64,000 nt of DNA from Candidatus Pacearchaeota archaeon (GTDB lineage Archaea; Nanobdellota; Nanobdellia; Pacearchaeales; GW2011-AR1). Below, in pieces: positions 16,002 to 25,710 of this stretch. Made by a program: the position numbers and the translations under genes. The stretch is from assembly GCA_041649295.1 (NCBI GenBank), contig JBAZNI010000002.1, forward strand, positions 141,356-205,355, written 5' to 3'. The notes beneath the pieces are model-generated. The model was not told the DNA's origin and searched no databases. It saw nothing but the letters and a program-made list of their open reading frames with translations. Every line of letters starts with the position of its first letter. Position 1 is the stretch's first letter.

Positions 16002-17880
16002 AAAGGGAGAGTTTGATAAAAAGGGGCAAGTTACTATATTTATTATTATGGCAGTTGTAGTTGTTGCACTTATAGTTGGTTTTTTTGTTTTTAGAGATAG
16101 TATTTTTCCAGTAGATAATAAATCTGGATTTGCAGAAGTTTATAGCTTTTTTGATTCATGCATAGAGCAAAAAACAAGGCAGGGGTTGTCGATATCAGGT
16201 TATCAGGCAGGATATATAGAACTCCCTGAATTTAAGCCTGGAAGCGAGTATGCACCATTTTCTTCGCAACTAGATTTTGTTGGAAGTGGTGTGCCTTACT
16301 GGTTTTATCTTTCAAGTAACGGGGTTGTAAAAGAACAGGTTCCTTCTATGTCGCAGATTGAATCTCAGTTAGAAAATTATCTTAGTAATAAATTAAAAGA
16401 ATGCGATTTTTCAGATTTTAATAAAAGAGGAATTTTTGTTGAAGTTTCTGAAATGAATCCTAGTGTAAGAGTTAAAGATACAGAAGTTGCTGTTTCCATT
16501 ACTGGGAATTTAGTTGTTTCAGATAATGAGACAAGCTCAGTTAGAAAACACCATAGTGTAAATGTAAAAAGCAAGTTTGGCAAGTTTTATAATTTAGCAA
16601 GAGAAATTTATTCTAAAGAAACAAGCGAGGCGTTTTTAGAAAATTATGCAAGAGATGTTATGTATAATTATGCTCCTGTTACAGGTACAGAGATTTCATG
16701 CTCGCCTTTGATGTGGAATCCGCAAGAGGTTACAGAAGATATAATAAATGGGCTGTCTGCAAATATCGGAGCTTTGAAATTAGATGGAAGTTATTATGAT
16801 TTGAAAAATAAAGAGAATAAATATTTTGTAGTTGATATTAAAACTGATGATAGTGTTTCATTTATGTATAATCCTGACTGGCCAACTAAAATTGAAGTAT
16901 GGCCTGTTGAATCTGGAACAATGATTGCAGAGCCTGTTGGACTAGAACAAGGTATGGGGATACTGGGATTTTGTTATGTGCCTTATCATTTTGTTTATGA
17001 CATTTATTTTCCCACCTTAATTCAGATATACGATGATGATGAAATTTTCCAATTTCCTGTTGCAGTTCTTATTGATAAGAGTAAGCCAAGAAATGAGTTG
17101 TCTTTAGGTGAAATTAGTGAAATAGAAGGAACAATAGATGAAATCTGCAATTATAAGGAAAGTAAAATAGATGTTTATACTTATGACGCAGAAATTAATC
17201 CTGTTGAAGCATCTATTGATTTCCAGTGCCTGAATCAGAAATGTTATATTGGAAAAACACAAGTTGCAAATGGCGGAATTTTATCAACAGACTTCCCGCA
17301 GTGCGTTAATGCAAAAATTATTGCAAGAGCTGATGGGTATTTAACAAGTGAAAGGATATTCTCAACTAATTTGCCCGGACAGGTTGATTTGTTAATGGAC
17401 AAGCTGTATGAATTAACATTAGATGTTGAAATTGGAGGAAGAGAAGCAGGGGATAATTTGGTAGTTGTTAATTTCCAGAGCACTTCAAATACATTTAGTG
17501 TTATTTATCCGGATCAAAATAAGGTTAAATTAGCTGAAGGAGATTATAATATTAGTGTTCAGGTGTTTGGAAAATCTTCGTTATTTATTCCTGAAAGTTC
17601 AACAAGGCAATGTGTAGAAGTTCCTGCTCCAGGTTTGTTGTCTGGAATTTTTGGAAGAACTACAGAAAATTGCTTTGACATTACTCTTCCAAGCCAGAAT
17701 ATTGATAATGCTCTTGTTGCAGGCGGAAGATTAAATGAGTATATACTTGAATCTGAACTAAAAGGAAAAACAAGGGCTGAGATTAATGTGCCTGCACTTC
17801 CAACTCCAAATAGTTTAGAGCAGTTGCAGAAAAATTATGAACTAGTTAATACAAATAGTTTAGGATGGAATATTAAATGA
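15991..17880 (+). CDS. large extracellular protein with class III (prepilin-type) signal peptide
   Basis: N-terminus MLNKKGEFDKKGQ-VTIFIIMAVVVVALIVGFFVF has a KGQ cleavage-type motif followed by a hydrophobic helix. ATGA overlap with the downstream giant gene. Confidence 0.6.
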   Translation: MLNKKGEFDKKGQVTIFIIMAVVVVALIVGFFVFRDSIFPVDNKSGFAEVYSFFDSCIEQKTRQGLSISGYQAGYIELPEFKPGSEYAPFSSQLDFVGSGVPYWFYLSSNGVVKEQVPSMSQIESQLENYLSNKLKECDFSDFNKRGIFVEVSEMNPSVRVKDTEVAVSITGNLVVSDNETSSVRKHHSVNVKSKFGKFYNLAREIYSKETSEAFLENYARDVMYNYAPVTGTEISCSPLMWNPQEVTEDIINGLSANIGALKLDGSYYDLKNKENKYFVVDIKTDDSVSFMYNPDWPTKIEVWPVESGTMIAEPVGLEQGMGILGFCYVPYHFVYDIYFPTLIQIYDDDEIFQFPVAVLIDKSKPRNELSLGEISEIEGTIDEICNYKESKIDVYTYDAEINPVEASIDFQCLNQKCYIGKTQVANGGILSTDFPQCVNAKIIARADGYLTSERIFSTNLPGQVDLLMDKLYELTLDVEIGGREAGDNLVVVNFQSTSNTFSVIYPDQNKVKLAEGDYNISVQVFGKSSLFIPESSTRQCVEVPAPGLLSGIFGRTTENCFDITLPSQNIDNALVAGGRLNEYILESELKGKTRAEINVPALPTPNSLEQLQKNYELVNTNSLGWNIK

Positions 17881-20800
17881 AAATTAAATTATTTTTAGGA
17901 ATTGCATTTTTATTAGTTTTGACTTTAACAATTGTATCTGGAGCATCTACTTTTGAAGGGGATAAATACAATAGTTTTGGAGGAAGCAGTTACACTTATT
18001 CATCTCCACAATATACTCAACCAGGATTTATGGGAAGTGATTCAGGTTATTACGGGCTTTATCCTGGATATGACAGAGAAACATGCCAGGCAAGAATGGA
18101 CTTTTTAATTCAAATTGCTCCTGGAGGCTGCACTCCTGCAGTTGTAAGAAGTGATTTATTAGCTGAGCAAGATGTTGCTGTTTTCTGTAAATTGCAGGCA
18201 TTACAGATAAACCCATTTATTGATACTACTACTATTAGAAATTTAGTTATTACACATAGAGGAAATCTTCCTGAAGGTGTTTCTGGTGTAGGTTATCACC
18301 GCCCTCAAATAGCGCTTACTAATGGATATAATGAACAAGGATTTTTTACTTTGGATAATATTGGGTATGCTGTTATTAAAATAAAACAGCAGCCAGATGA
18401 AAGAAAATTACTTGATTCTGTTTCTGGAAATTTAACTATTAAGGTTCAGTATGATGCGTCTAATACTTTTGGAATGGGAAAGAGCGAGTTAATTTCTCCT
18501 GCACTTTCACTAGAAGAGTGGCAGGCAGATTACCCTAAATATGGAATTATGAACGGGCAGGTTTATTTAAGAGTAGAATCAATAGAAGAAGAAAATGTAA
18601 GAGTTTCTGTTTATAGGGATTTTAATACTAAAATTGATACTATTAATCTTAAAAGAGGAGAAACTTCTGCTGAGAAATATCTTTCAGGATTTAATTGCGC
18701 AGCTGCTTATACAATAAGTGTAGGAGATAGTATTGCTCCAAGACCTAAAGCTAAAATTAATTTTCAAGGAGATGTATATGATGTTTATCAAGGAGAGAAA
18801 TTTGCAGATGGAGTTTGTATCGTTGATAAGATTTCGCCAGGAGTTTTAGGAACAGGAAGTGTTACAGGAAAATGCTATAATAAACAATTTGTACTAAGGT
18901 TAAATCAAAAACCAGTTCAATTAGAAGTTGATGGCACTACAAAAGAAATTGCAGTTGGAAGCAAGATAAAAGAAGGAGTTTATTTAGCAGGTTCTGGCAT
19001 TTATCTTGATACAAAATTTGTTTTATTATTTAAGGGAGCAAGCTATGATTCTGCTTCAAAAATAACTGCTCAGAAAAATGTTGATTTAATAAAAAAACAA
19101 GGAACTAGTGTAGAATTAACTGATAAAGATAAATATGTTGTTCTTGTAATTGATGAATTGGGTATTGGTGGAAGTCAGATTAATAGTGGAATTAAATTTG
19201 TAGAGTTAAAAGTTGCAGATAACTTTGTTTCTGATAATCCTGATTTTGAAAATTCTTTTTCTTCTGCAATAGGTTATTATGAAGAAGTTGAGGATAATTA
19301 TGGAGAATTTGAAACTATGGATAATGAAAATTATGAGATTTATGGGGTTGTTGCTTTAGATGAAGCGAGTTCATTTGCAAGCAACGTGTGGAAAAAAGAA
19401 ACTGCTGTAGAACTTGCGCAAAAATTAAAAGATAAATATAATGTTGTTTCAAGTGTTCTTTTAACAGAAACTAATTTTGATTATTCTGAATCTGCTTCTG
19501 TTATTGATGTAAATGATTTAAGTTATAGTATTTCTTTAGAATCTGTTGATGAACCTGAAGAAAAAGATTACGCTGTTTTAATAGAAATTGATGGAGCTCT
19601 TGCGCCTCCTGTTAAGAGAGAAGGCACTGTATTATTTGATAATATTAAAGTTGATTCTTTTACAAATAAAGAAGTTAAAATAACTGGAAAATGTGCTGAT
19701 AAAGATGTTGGCGAGACATTGAAATTGGCAGAGACAAAAGAAATATGCGGGAAGATAATTTATGTAAAACAAATTAATTATAATTCTTATGCTAAGATTT
19801 CTTTTGAACCAATAACAAGAAGATTAGGAAGTGAAGTTAATATTAGTTATTCAATTGGAATTGAAAAAAGAGCAATAGAGCTTAATCCTGAAAAAGCTGC
19901 AGAGAGAATTAAAAAATTAAATGAGAGCATAGCAAAATGGACAAATATTAACAAGAATTTAGGAGATGTTGTTAAGACAATGAAAACAGCGTGCTTTGCA
20001 ACAACAGCTGCTTTGCAAGTTAAGAATTTGTTTGGAAATTTAGGAGGAAAAGCAATTGCAAGAAATTCTGTAATGACTTCTGATAATGGATGGAACCAGA
20101 AATGCACTGATATAGTTGCTGAAAATCCAAGTATAAGTTTTGATAAATGTATAAAAGATAATGCAGATAAAATTGAAAGTGATGTTGAAGCAAGATACAA
20201 AGCAATACAAGAAGTAAATAATGCAATAAAAGAAATTGAATCTAATTTGCCTGCACAAGACGGAATTCTTAATACAAAAGTAATTGATACAGAAGCTTCT
20301 TTAGATAAAACAATTAAAAATATTCAGTCTGAGTTTGGGAATGATGCTACCTATAAAGATAAAGTTGCAATGCTTAATAAAGAAACATTAAGTTATGATG
20401 AAGCAAGAGAAATCTGGGTTAATTTGAAACTGCAGAGAGAAAGTGCAAGTGAGGTTTTAAAGTTATCTTCTAAAACTTCTTTAGAGAATACATTCAAAAG
20501 CATAGAAGCTATTCAAAAAAGAGAAAGTGTTAAAGATAAATTAGAAGCAGGAAGTGTGACTGATAATTTTGTTTTTGGAACAATAGAAACAGACAAAAGT
20601 GCAAAAGTAATTCCTTATTCTGGTTCTGTTGCTGAAAAAGATTTAGTTAGTGGGGGGGTTATAATATCAAAAGGAAAACCTGTTGGAGGAGTAACTGTTG
20701 GAGCTTCTAACTATATGGTTGAACTAGTTAATACTGGAGAGAATAAATATAAAGTTGCTAAAGGTGATGATAATACTGCTCATATTTATGAAATAGGAGA

Positions 20801-23603
20801 TAGTGGCAATATTATTTCAGCTATTAAAACAGATAACCCTGTTTATGATGAGATTATTGCTTTATCTTTTCAGAAGTTTGATTCTACTTCGTATAATAAC
20901 AAGTGGAGCAGTCCTAAGGTTAGGTATTATGAAACAGGGGTGTATAAGGGAATGCCTGCTGTTGTTCCTGTTGATGCTAGCAAAGGTTGGTATGCTGGGA
21001 CAAAACCTGTTCTTGCTGGTTTTGGAGATTCAACAACATTCCAGGAATCTGGAAGAGTTTCAAGTTTCTGGGTTTGTAATGTTGGTGAAAATGGAAGAGA
21101 GCAGTTTAATTCAGGATTAGGAGATGATGTTTGTGAGCAGTTTAATGTTGGAACAGGACAGTCATTCAGCACTTTCCCTGGACTTTCTGAAGCAGATGCA
21201 AGTTCTATTATTAAACAGGCAATGGCTGCACTAGAAGATGCTGCAAGAAATTATAAATCTGGACTTAAGAAAGTAAGTATAAGGGGTAAAACTTATGATG
21301 TAGATGATCCTGCTGTTGCTATTTCAGGAACAAGGTGTACTGATTTTATGTCTGCTAGAGATTGTCAGATAATGTTTAATGTTTGTGACCCGGTTATATG
21401 TCCAAGTTCAAGATGTAATTTAGGAGGAAGTTATTATGTAGATGATGTTGTTCAGAGTGGAATTGTTGGGAGTATTTTCTTATGCCTTCCAAATTATAAA
21501 GAAGGAATTTTCATACCTGTTTGCCTTACAGGAATTCATGCAGGAATTGAAAACTGGATTTCAATAATGAGTGCGTCGAGAGATTGTTTGCAAGAATCAA
21601 TTGATAGTGGAAGATATGTTGGAATTTGTGATGAGATAACTGCAATTTACAAATGCGAATTTTTCTGGAAGCAGTTTTCTCCTTTAATGAATAATATTAT
21701 TCCTAAGTTATTAGAAAGGTTATCTGGAAATAGTGTTAGAGGAGGAGGAGAATATCTTAGTGTTCAGTCTGCGTGGGATAATATGCAGAGTTCTATTAAT
21801 TATTTCAAGAATGAATATGGAGTTAATGCAATGAAAGCATTTAGAGCTCGTTCAACAGATGAAGTTGGAACAGAAGTTTGCAAGTCATTTATTTCATTTA
21901 AATATGCAAATAAATTTGAGACTTTAATAGAGCCTGACTCGCCTTCACAATATAGTGCTTGGTTTACAGAAATTCAGCAGACAACTGCAACAATACCTGC
22001 AATTTCTCAATATAAAGTTTATTATCATATTTATGCAGGAAATGATGCTGGAATTTACTATTCTGTTTATTTGAAAAACAGAGCTGGAGAGACATTTTAT
22101 GATAATACTGGTTATCTTAATGTTGTTGCTTCGGGATATATAAACAAGGGAGAGTATGTTGATATTGCAAAAGACTTTACAGCACCTTCTGGTTTCAAGG
22201 AATTATGCATTAGAGTTAATGGACAAGATGATTGTGGTTTTAAACAAGTATCTACTTCATTTGCACTTAATTATCTTAGAGATAAATATGTTCAGAGTGA
22301 AGCAACTGAGCAAATTACTAAAGAAGATGACTGCATATCTGGAACGCCGAATGCAGCAGCTGTATTATTAACTCCAAATATTCAGGCAGGTGTTGAAGAA
22401 AGTATTAATACTAATATTTATGAAAGAGGAATTATAAGAGTTTGTTCTACTGAAAATCCTGGTTCAACAACAGAACCTTCACGATGGGAAAAAGTAGGTT
22501 ATTGCACTGATAGTAAAGTTGGATGCTGGTTAGATACAGAATCTATTAGCAATGCAATAACTTCTGGAAATGTAGGTGTTAAAGATGCAACACTTGCAGA
22601 AATTCAGGCACTTGTAGATGAGCAGAAACAAGAGGAAAAAGCTGGAAGAGTCTATACTGATTTAGAAATAGCAAATGCACTAACAGAAGTTAGAAATAAA
22701 ATTCCTAATGTAAAAACAGAAGAAGAAGCTAGTGATTTAATTGTAGAATTAGAAACAATTGAAAATTCTCCAAGTATACTTGTGGAAAAACAAAGAGCTG
22801 AAATAATATTCCTTAAGGCAAAAACTAAAAGAGCACTTAGTGAGCAGCTTTGGAAAGAAGTTCAGGCAGGATTAGCTGTTAAAAGAGTTAATGATTATGC
22901 AGCGACTGGAAAAGAAAATCCAGAGGCTCCTGCGACGCCAGAGACACCCGAGACGCCTGAGACACCTGTTGAAACAGGGCTAAATGACGAAGTTCCAGAA
23001 GTTTTACAACCTTTATTCTTAGAAGTCTCTGAAAAAACAGGAGTTCCAGCAGCATTAATAGCAGCAATTTCAAATCAAGAGTGTAGTGATCTTTGGGGTG
23101 ATGCTCAAACAGATCCAACAAAAATAATTGATTTAATAGATAATGATAAGATTCCTGCAAGCAGAGATATTTGTAATTACAATAATAAATACAATGTATT
23201 TGGCCCGATGCAATTTAGGATTGGTAAAGCGTATTTGAAAGAACATGGTATGGAAATTTATCAAACTACTCCTGATGGAAAACCAAATCCCAATGTTGGA
23301 ACATGGGAAGGTTATGTATCTAACACAGCAGAATTATTAGAAATTGATGAAGAAGCACTCAGCCCATTAATTATTCGACATTCAGTATATGCTGCTGCTA
23401 TAAAATTAAAAAAAGATGCGGGAAGTCCTACTGATTGGACAGAAGCAGAAATTAAAGAAGCTGCGAAAGGATATTTTGGGGCTTGTACAGCAGAACAGAC
23501 TATTGGCGGGAAAAAAGTTACAGTTAATTATTGCGATGATATTATTTCTAAATATAATAAGTATAAGGTATTAAAAGAATCTACTCCTTTTCTTATTGCT
23601 TAA
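17877..23603 (+). CDS. giant secreted protein (1908 aa) with C-terminal lytic-transglycosylase (SLT/GH23)-like domain
   Basis: Sec signal MKIKLFLGIAFLLVLTLTIVSGAS, a Cys-rich central region, a PEAPATPETPETPETP linker, then VPAALIAAISNQECS...GPMQF resembling the SLT E-S...G-L-M-Q core. Confidence 0.7.
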   Translation: MKIKLFLGIAFLLVLTLTIVSGASTFEGDKYNSFGGSSYTYSSPQYTQPGFMGSDSGYYGLYPGYDRETCQARMDFLIQIAPGGCTPAVVRSDLLAEQDVAVFCKLQALQINPFIDTTTIRNLVITHRGNLPEGVSGVGYHRPQIALTNGYNEQGFFTLDNIGYAVIKIKQQPDERKLLDSVSGNLTIKVQYDASNTFGMGKSELISPALSLEEWQADYPKYGIMNGQVYLRVESIEEENVRVSVYRDFNTKIDTINLKRGETSAEKYLSGFNCAAAYTISVGDSIAPRPKAKINFQGDVYDVYQGEKFADGVCIVDKISPGVLGTGSVTGKCYNKQFVLRLNQKPVQLEVDGTTKEIAVGSKIKEGVYLAGSGIYLDTKFVLLFKGASYDSASKITAQKNVDLIKKQGTSVELTDKDKYVVLVIDELGIGGSQINSGIKFVELKVADNFVSDNPDFENSFSSAIGYYEEVEDNYGEFETMDNENYEIYGVVALDEASSFASNVWKKETAVELAQKLKDKYNVVSSVLLTETNFDYSESASVIDVNDLSYSISLESVDEPEEKDYAVLIEIDGALAPPVKREGTVLFDNIKVDSFTNKEVKITGKCADKDVGETLKLAETKEICGKIIYVKQINYNSYAKISFEPITRRLGSEVNISYSIGIEKRAIELNPEKAAERIKKLNESIAKWTNINKNLGDVVKTMKTACFATTAALQVKNLFGNLGGKAIARNSVMTSDNGWNQKCTDIVAENPSISFDKCIKDNADKIESDVEARYKAIQEVNNAIKEIESNLPAQDGILNTKVIDTEASLDKTIKNIQSEFGNDATYKDKVAMLNKETLSYDEAREIWVNLKLQRESASEVLKLSSKTSLENTFKSIEAIQKRESVKDKLEAGSVTDNFVFGTIETDKSAKVIPYSGSVAEKDLVSGGVIISKGKPVGGVTVGASNYMVELVNTGENKYKVAKGDDNTAHIYEIGDSGNIISAIKTDNPVYDEIIALSFQKFDSTSYNNKWSSPKVRYYETGVYKGMPAVVPVDASKGWYAGTKPVLAGFGDSTTFQESGRVSSFWVCNVGENGREQFNSGLGDDVCEQFNVGTGQSFSTFPGLSEADASSIIKQAMAALEDAARNYKSGLKKVSIRGKTYDVDDPAVAISGTRCTDFMSARDCQIMFNVCDPVICPSSRCNLGGSYYVDDVVQSGIVGSIFLCLPNYKEGIFIPVCLTGIHAGIENWISIMSASRDCLQESIDSGRYVGICDEITAIYKCEFFWKQFSPLMNNIIPKLLERLSGNSVRGGGEYLSVQSAWDNMQSSINYFKNEYGVNAMKAFRARSTDEVGTEVCKSFISFKYANKFETLIEPDSPSQYSAWFTEIQQTTATIPAISQYKVYYHIYAGNDAGIYYSVYLKNRAGETFYDNTGYLNVVASGYINKGEYVDIAKDFTAPSGFKELCIRVNGQDDCGFKQVSTSFALNYLRDKYVQSEATEQITKEDDCISGTPNAAAVLLTPNIQAGVEESINTNIYERGIIRVCSTENPGSTTEPSRWEKVGYCTDSKVGCWLDTESISNAITSGNVGVKDATLAEIQALVDEQKQEEKAGRVYTDLEIANALTEVRNKIPNVKTEEEASDLIVELETIENSPSILVEKQRAEIIFLKAKTKRALSEQLWKEVQAGLAVKRVNDYAATGKENPEAPATPETPETPETPVETGLNDEVPEVLQPLFLEVSEKTGVPAALIAAISNQECSDLWGDAQTDPTKIIDLIDNDKIPASRDICNYNNKYNVFGPMQFRIGKAYLKEHGMEIYQTTPDGKPNPNVGTWEGYVSNTAELLEIDEEALSPLIIRHSVYAAAIKLKKDAGSPTDWTEAEIKEAAKGYFGACTAEQTIGGKKVTVNYCDDIISKYNKYKVLKESTPFLIA

Positions 23604-23627
23604 TCAAACCTGTTCGAATCCAAATTA

Positions 23628-23774
23628 TGCGAGGGACAGGATTCGAACCTGCGTAGGCACTAAGCCAGCAGATTTCTCAAGTTTCTCTTACTCCTATAAA
23701 GGAAGGTGTGTGAGAGGAAACCTTGGTTTCCTTCATCTTGAGTCTGCTTCGTTTGACCACTCCGACACCCTCGC
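23628..23774 (-). tRNA. tRNA-Leu (anticodon CAA) with 63-nt intron after position 37
   Basis: Acceptor GCGAGGG/CCCTCGC, anticodon stem GCAGA/TCTGC, loop CTCAAG|intron|A, long variable arm TGGCTTAGTGCCTAC, T-arm GCAGG-TTCGAAT-CCTGT. Intron at 23674..23736. Confidence 0.85.
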
Positions 23775-24077
23775 GCGGGATATTGAAATAAAGTGTATAT
23801 GCTTAAAAAACTATCTCTTGATAAAATAATAAACAGCTCAAAACAGCCTCCGGCAAGTTTTTCGCTTAGAAACAAATAAGTTAATGTGAAGAAGATAATT
23901 CGATTTTCCCACGATATCTTAAGTTTTCAGCGGAGAAATCTGGCGAAGCTGATTTCGGAGCAGATAGTTAAATAGAAGCTAAATTTAATTATTCACATTA
24001 AACTTCAACAAGTTTTTTATAAATTCTAATATTAGTAGTATAAATATCATTTTAATGTCCTGCTTGTAGAAGCGTAT

Positions 24078-24506
24078 TTAGTAAGCTTTTCTGATTACAA
24101 CTAGTGCAATCAAAACCAATATAATCAGAATTAGAATTACTAGAATTATTGGCATTATCCAGATTAAGTTTTTATTTGTTTCAGAAGCAGGTAAATCTAA
24201 ACCACAAGCTTGTCCATATTCATAACTTTTTATTCCGTTCCAAGTTACACTTCTTCTTAGCCTGTTATTTATACATTCCCAGTCACTATATTTATTTCTT
24301 AGGTTTTCTTCATAATCATTTTCATCAGATAATTTATCTTTTATCTGCCTGCATTCATTTTCATTATCTTCAGGACTATCAATAATAAAGTTAGTAGTTA
24401 CAGGGTCACTCCATATAATACTAGCACAACTCAAATTTATAGTTAAAACTAGCAAGAAACCAATGCATGTTAAGAGTAAGCTTGTTTTTAGTGTTTTTTG
24501 TATCAT
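24078..24506 (-). CDS. membrane protein (N-terminal signal/TM and C-terminal TM anchor)
   Basis: 142 aa with hydrophobic N- and C-terminal segments. A TATA-like GGTTTAAATATCC lies about 40 nt upstream. Confidence 0.5.
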   Translation of the reverse strand: MIQKTLKTSLLLTCIGFLLVLTINLSCASIIWSDPVTTNFIIDSPEDNENECRQIKDKLSDENDYEENLRNKYSDWECINNRLRRSVTWNGIKSYEYGQACGLDLPASETNKNLIWIMPIILVILILIILVLIALVVIRKAY

Positions 24507-24647
24507 TTTAGCGCCACTCTACATAAATGCCTCTAAAACAGGATATTTAAACCTTATGTTTGGTGTAATTGGTTAGTGGTTACAATAGAAAGGTTTAAAA
24601 GGGTTTTTATAAAATTAATCTGCTAATTTCATTACCTAAATATAGGT

Positions 24648-25583
24648 TTATTTTTTTACTTTTGAGCCTTTTTTCTCTATTTCAGAAATCTTCATTTTTT
24701 CATCTAAGCCAAGTTTTTCAAACAGCTCTTTGTATCTGTTCCTTATTGTAACCTCTGTAATCCCTGCTACATCTGCAACTTCTCTCTGTGTTTTTTTCTC
24801 GTCGTTAAGGAGAGCTGCTACATATAGTGCTGCAGCTGCAATTCCTGCAGGGCCTCTTCCAGATGTTAATTCTTCTTCATCTGCTTTTTTTAGTATTTTA
24901 AGAGCGTGCTGTTGTGTTTTAGGTGATAAATGGAGTATACTTGAGAATCTTGAAATGTAGTCATTTGGAGCAGAAGCAGCAACTTTAATTGGCATTCTTC
25001 TTATTATGAATCTGTATGTTCTTCCAATTTCTTTTCTTTCTATATCTGAAGCGTGTGCAATTTCATCTAATGTTCTTGGAATGTTGTAAGAACGGCATGC
25101 TGCGTAAATACAAGCAGCTATAACAGATTCCATGCTTCTTCCTCTTACAAATCCTCTTTGCAGAACATAATTGTAAATTCTTGCAGCCTCATCCCCCACG
25201 ACATTTGGAAGATTTAAGAAAGCTGAAACTCTTCTAAGCTCTGCCATTGCTAATCTTAAATTTCTTTCAATACTTGTAGAAACTCTTTCCTGCCATTTTT
25301 TTAATCTTAAGAATTTTCTTGTTTGTTTTGTATCTAGTTTGTAAATATCAGAAATCTCTCCTACATTTGTTGTTAATCCTTTGTCAAATTTCTGCATTGA
25401 CATTGGAGCTCCTCCTCTTCCTTTTTTCTCTGATTTGTCAAATTTTCCAGATAAATCAATTCCAGTATCAACCATTTTTTCTTCAATAAGAAGTCCACAA
25501 TCATTGCAAATCAACTCTCCTTTTTCGTCGTCATAAGTAAGGTTAATGCTGTTACATTCAGGACATCGCTTTATATTTGGCAT
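24648..25583 (-). CDS. tfb: transcription initiation factor B (TFIIB homologue)
   Basis: N-terminal Zn-ribbon CPECNS...CNDCG and two cyclin-like repeats (RGRSMESVIAACIYAACR, GRGPAGIAAAALYVAA). Confidence 0.95.
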   Translation of the reverse strand: MPNIKRCPECNSINLTYDDEKGELICNDCGLLIEEKMVDTGIDLSGKFDKSEKKGRGGAPMSMQKFDKGLTTNVGEISDIYKLDTKQTRKFLRLKKWQERVSTSIERNLRLAMAELRRVSAFLNLPNVVGDEAARIYNYVLQRGFVRGRSMESVIAACIYAACRSYNIPRTLDEIAHASDIERKEIGRTYRFIIRRMPIKVAASAPNDYISRFSSILHLSPKTQQHALKILKKADEEELTSGRGPAGIAAAALYVAALLNDEKKTQREVADVAGITEVTIRNRYKELFEKLGLDEKMKISEIEKKGSKVKK

Positions 25584-25621
25584 TTTAAGTTAAGTAGATA
25601 GTTTTATAAAGGTAATATAGA

Positions 25622-25638
25622 AAGGTTTAAAAAGGTTT
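25622..25638 (-). promoter_or_regulatory. BRE/TATA-like promoter box upstream of tfb
   Basis: AGGTTTAAAAAGGTTTG is identical to the 17-mer upstream of rps15 and lies about 40-55 nt upstream of the tfb ATG at 25583. Confidence 0.45.
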
Positions 25639-25710
25639 GGATTACGATGGATTTGTGTAATGAGTAAATTAGAACAAAAAGAATTTAAATCCTAGAACCA
25701 GTTTAAATAT

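Noticed and set aside
22918-22975. GC-rich PEAPATPETPETPETP-coding repeat
   Set aside because: It is an ordinary Pro/Thr/Glu interdomain linker preceding the SLT-like domain, not an independent element.
23609-23621. CCTGTTCGAATCC just 3' of tRNA-Leu, resembling an inverted T-arm fragment
   Set aside because: It is only about 13 nt and imperfectly complementary to the tRNA T-arm. It could be a small terminator-like hairpin or chance, which is not enough to call a feature.
23596-23875. Two ORFs (77 aa plus strand, 71 aa minus strand)
   Set aside because: Both are built on the tRNA-Leu gene and its intron and are not credible CDS.
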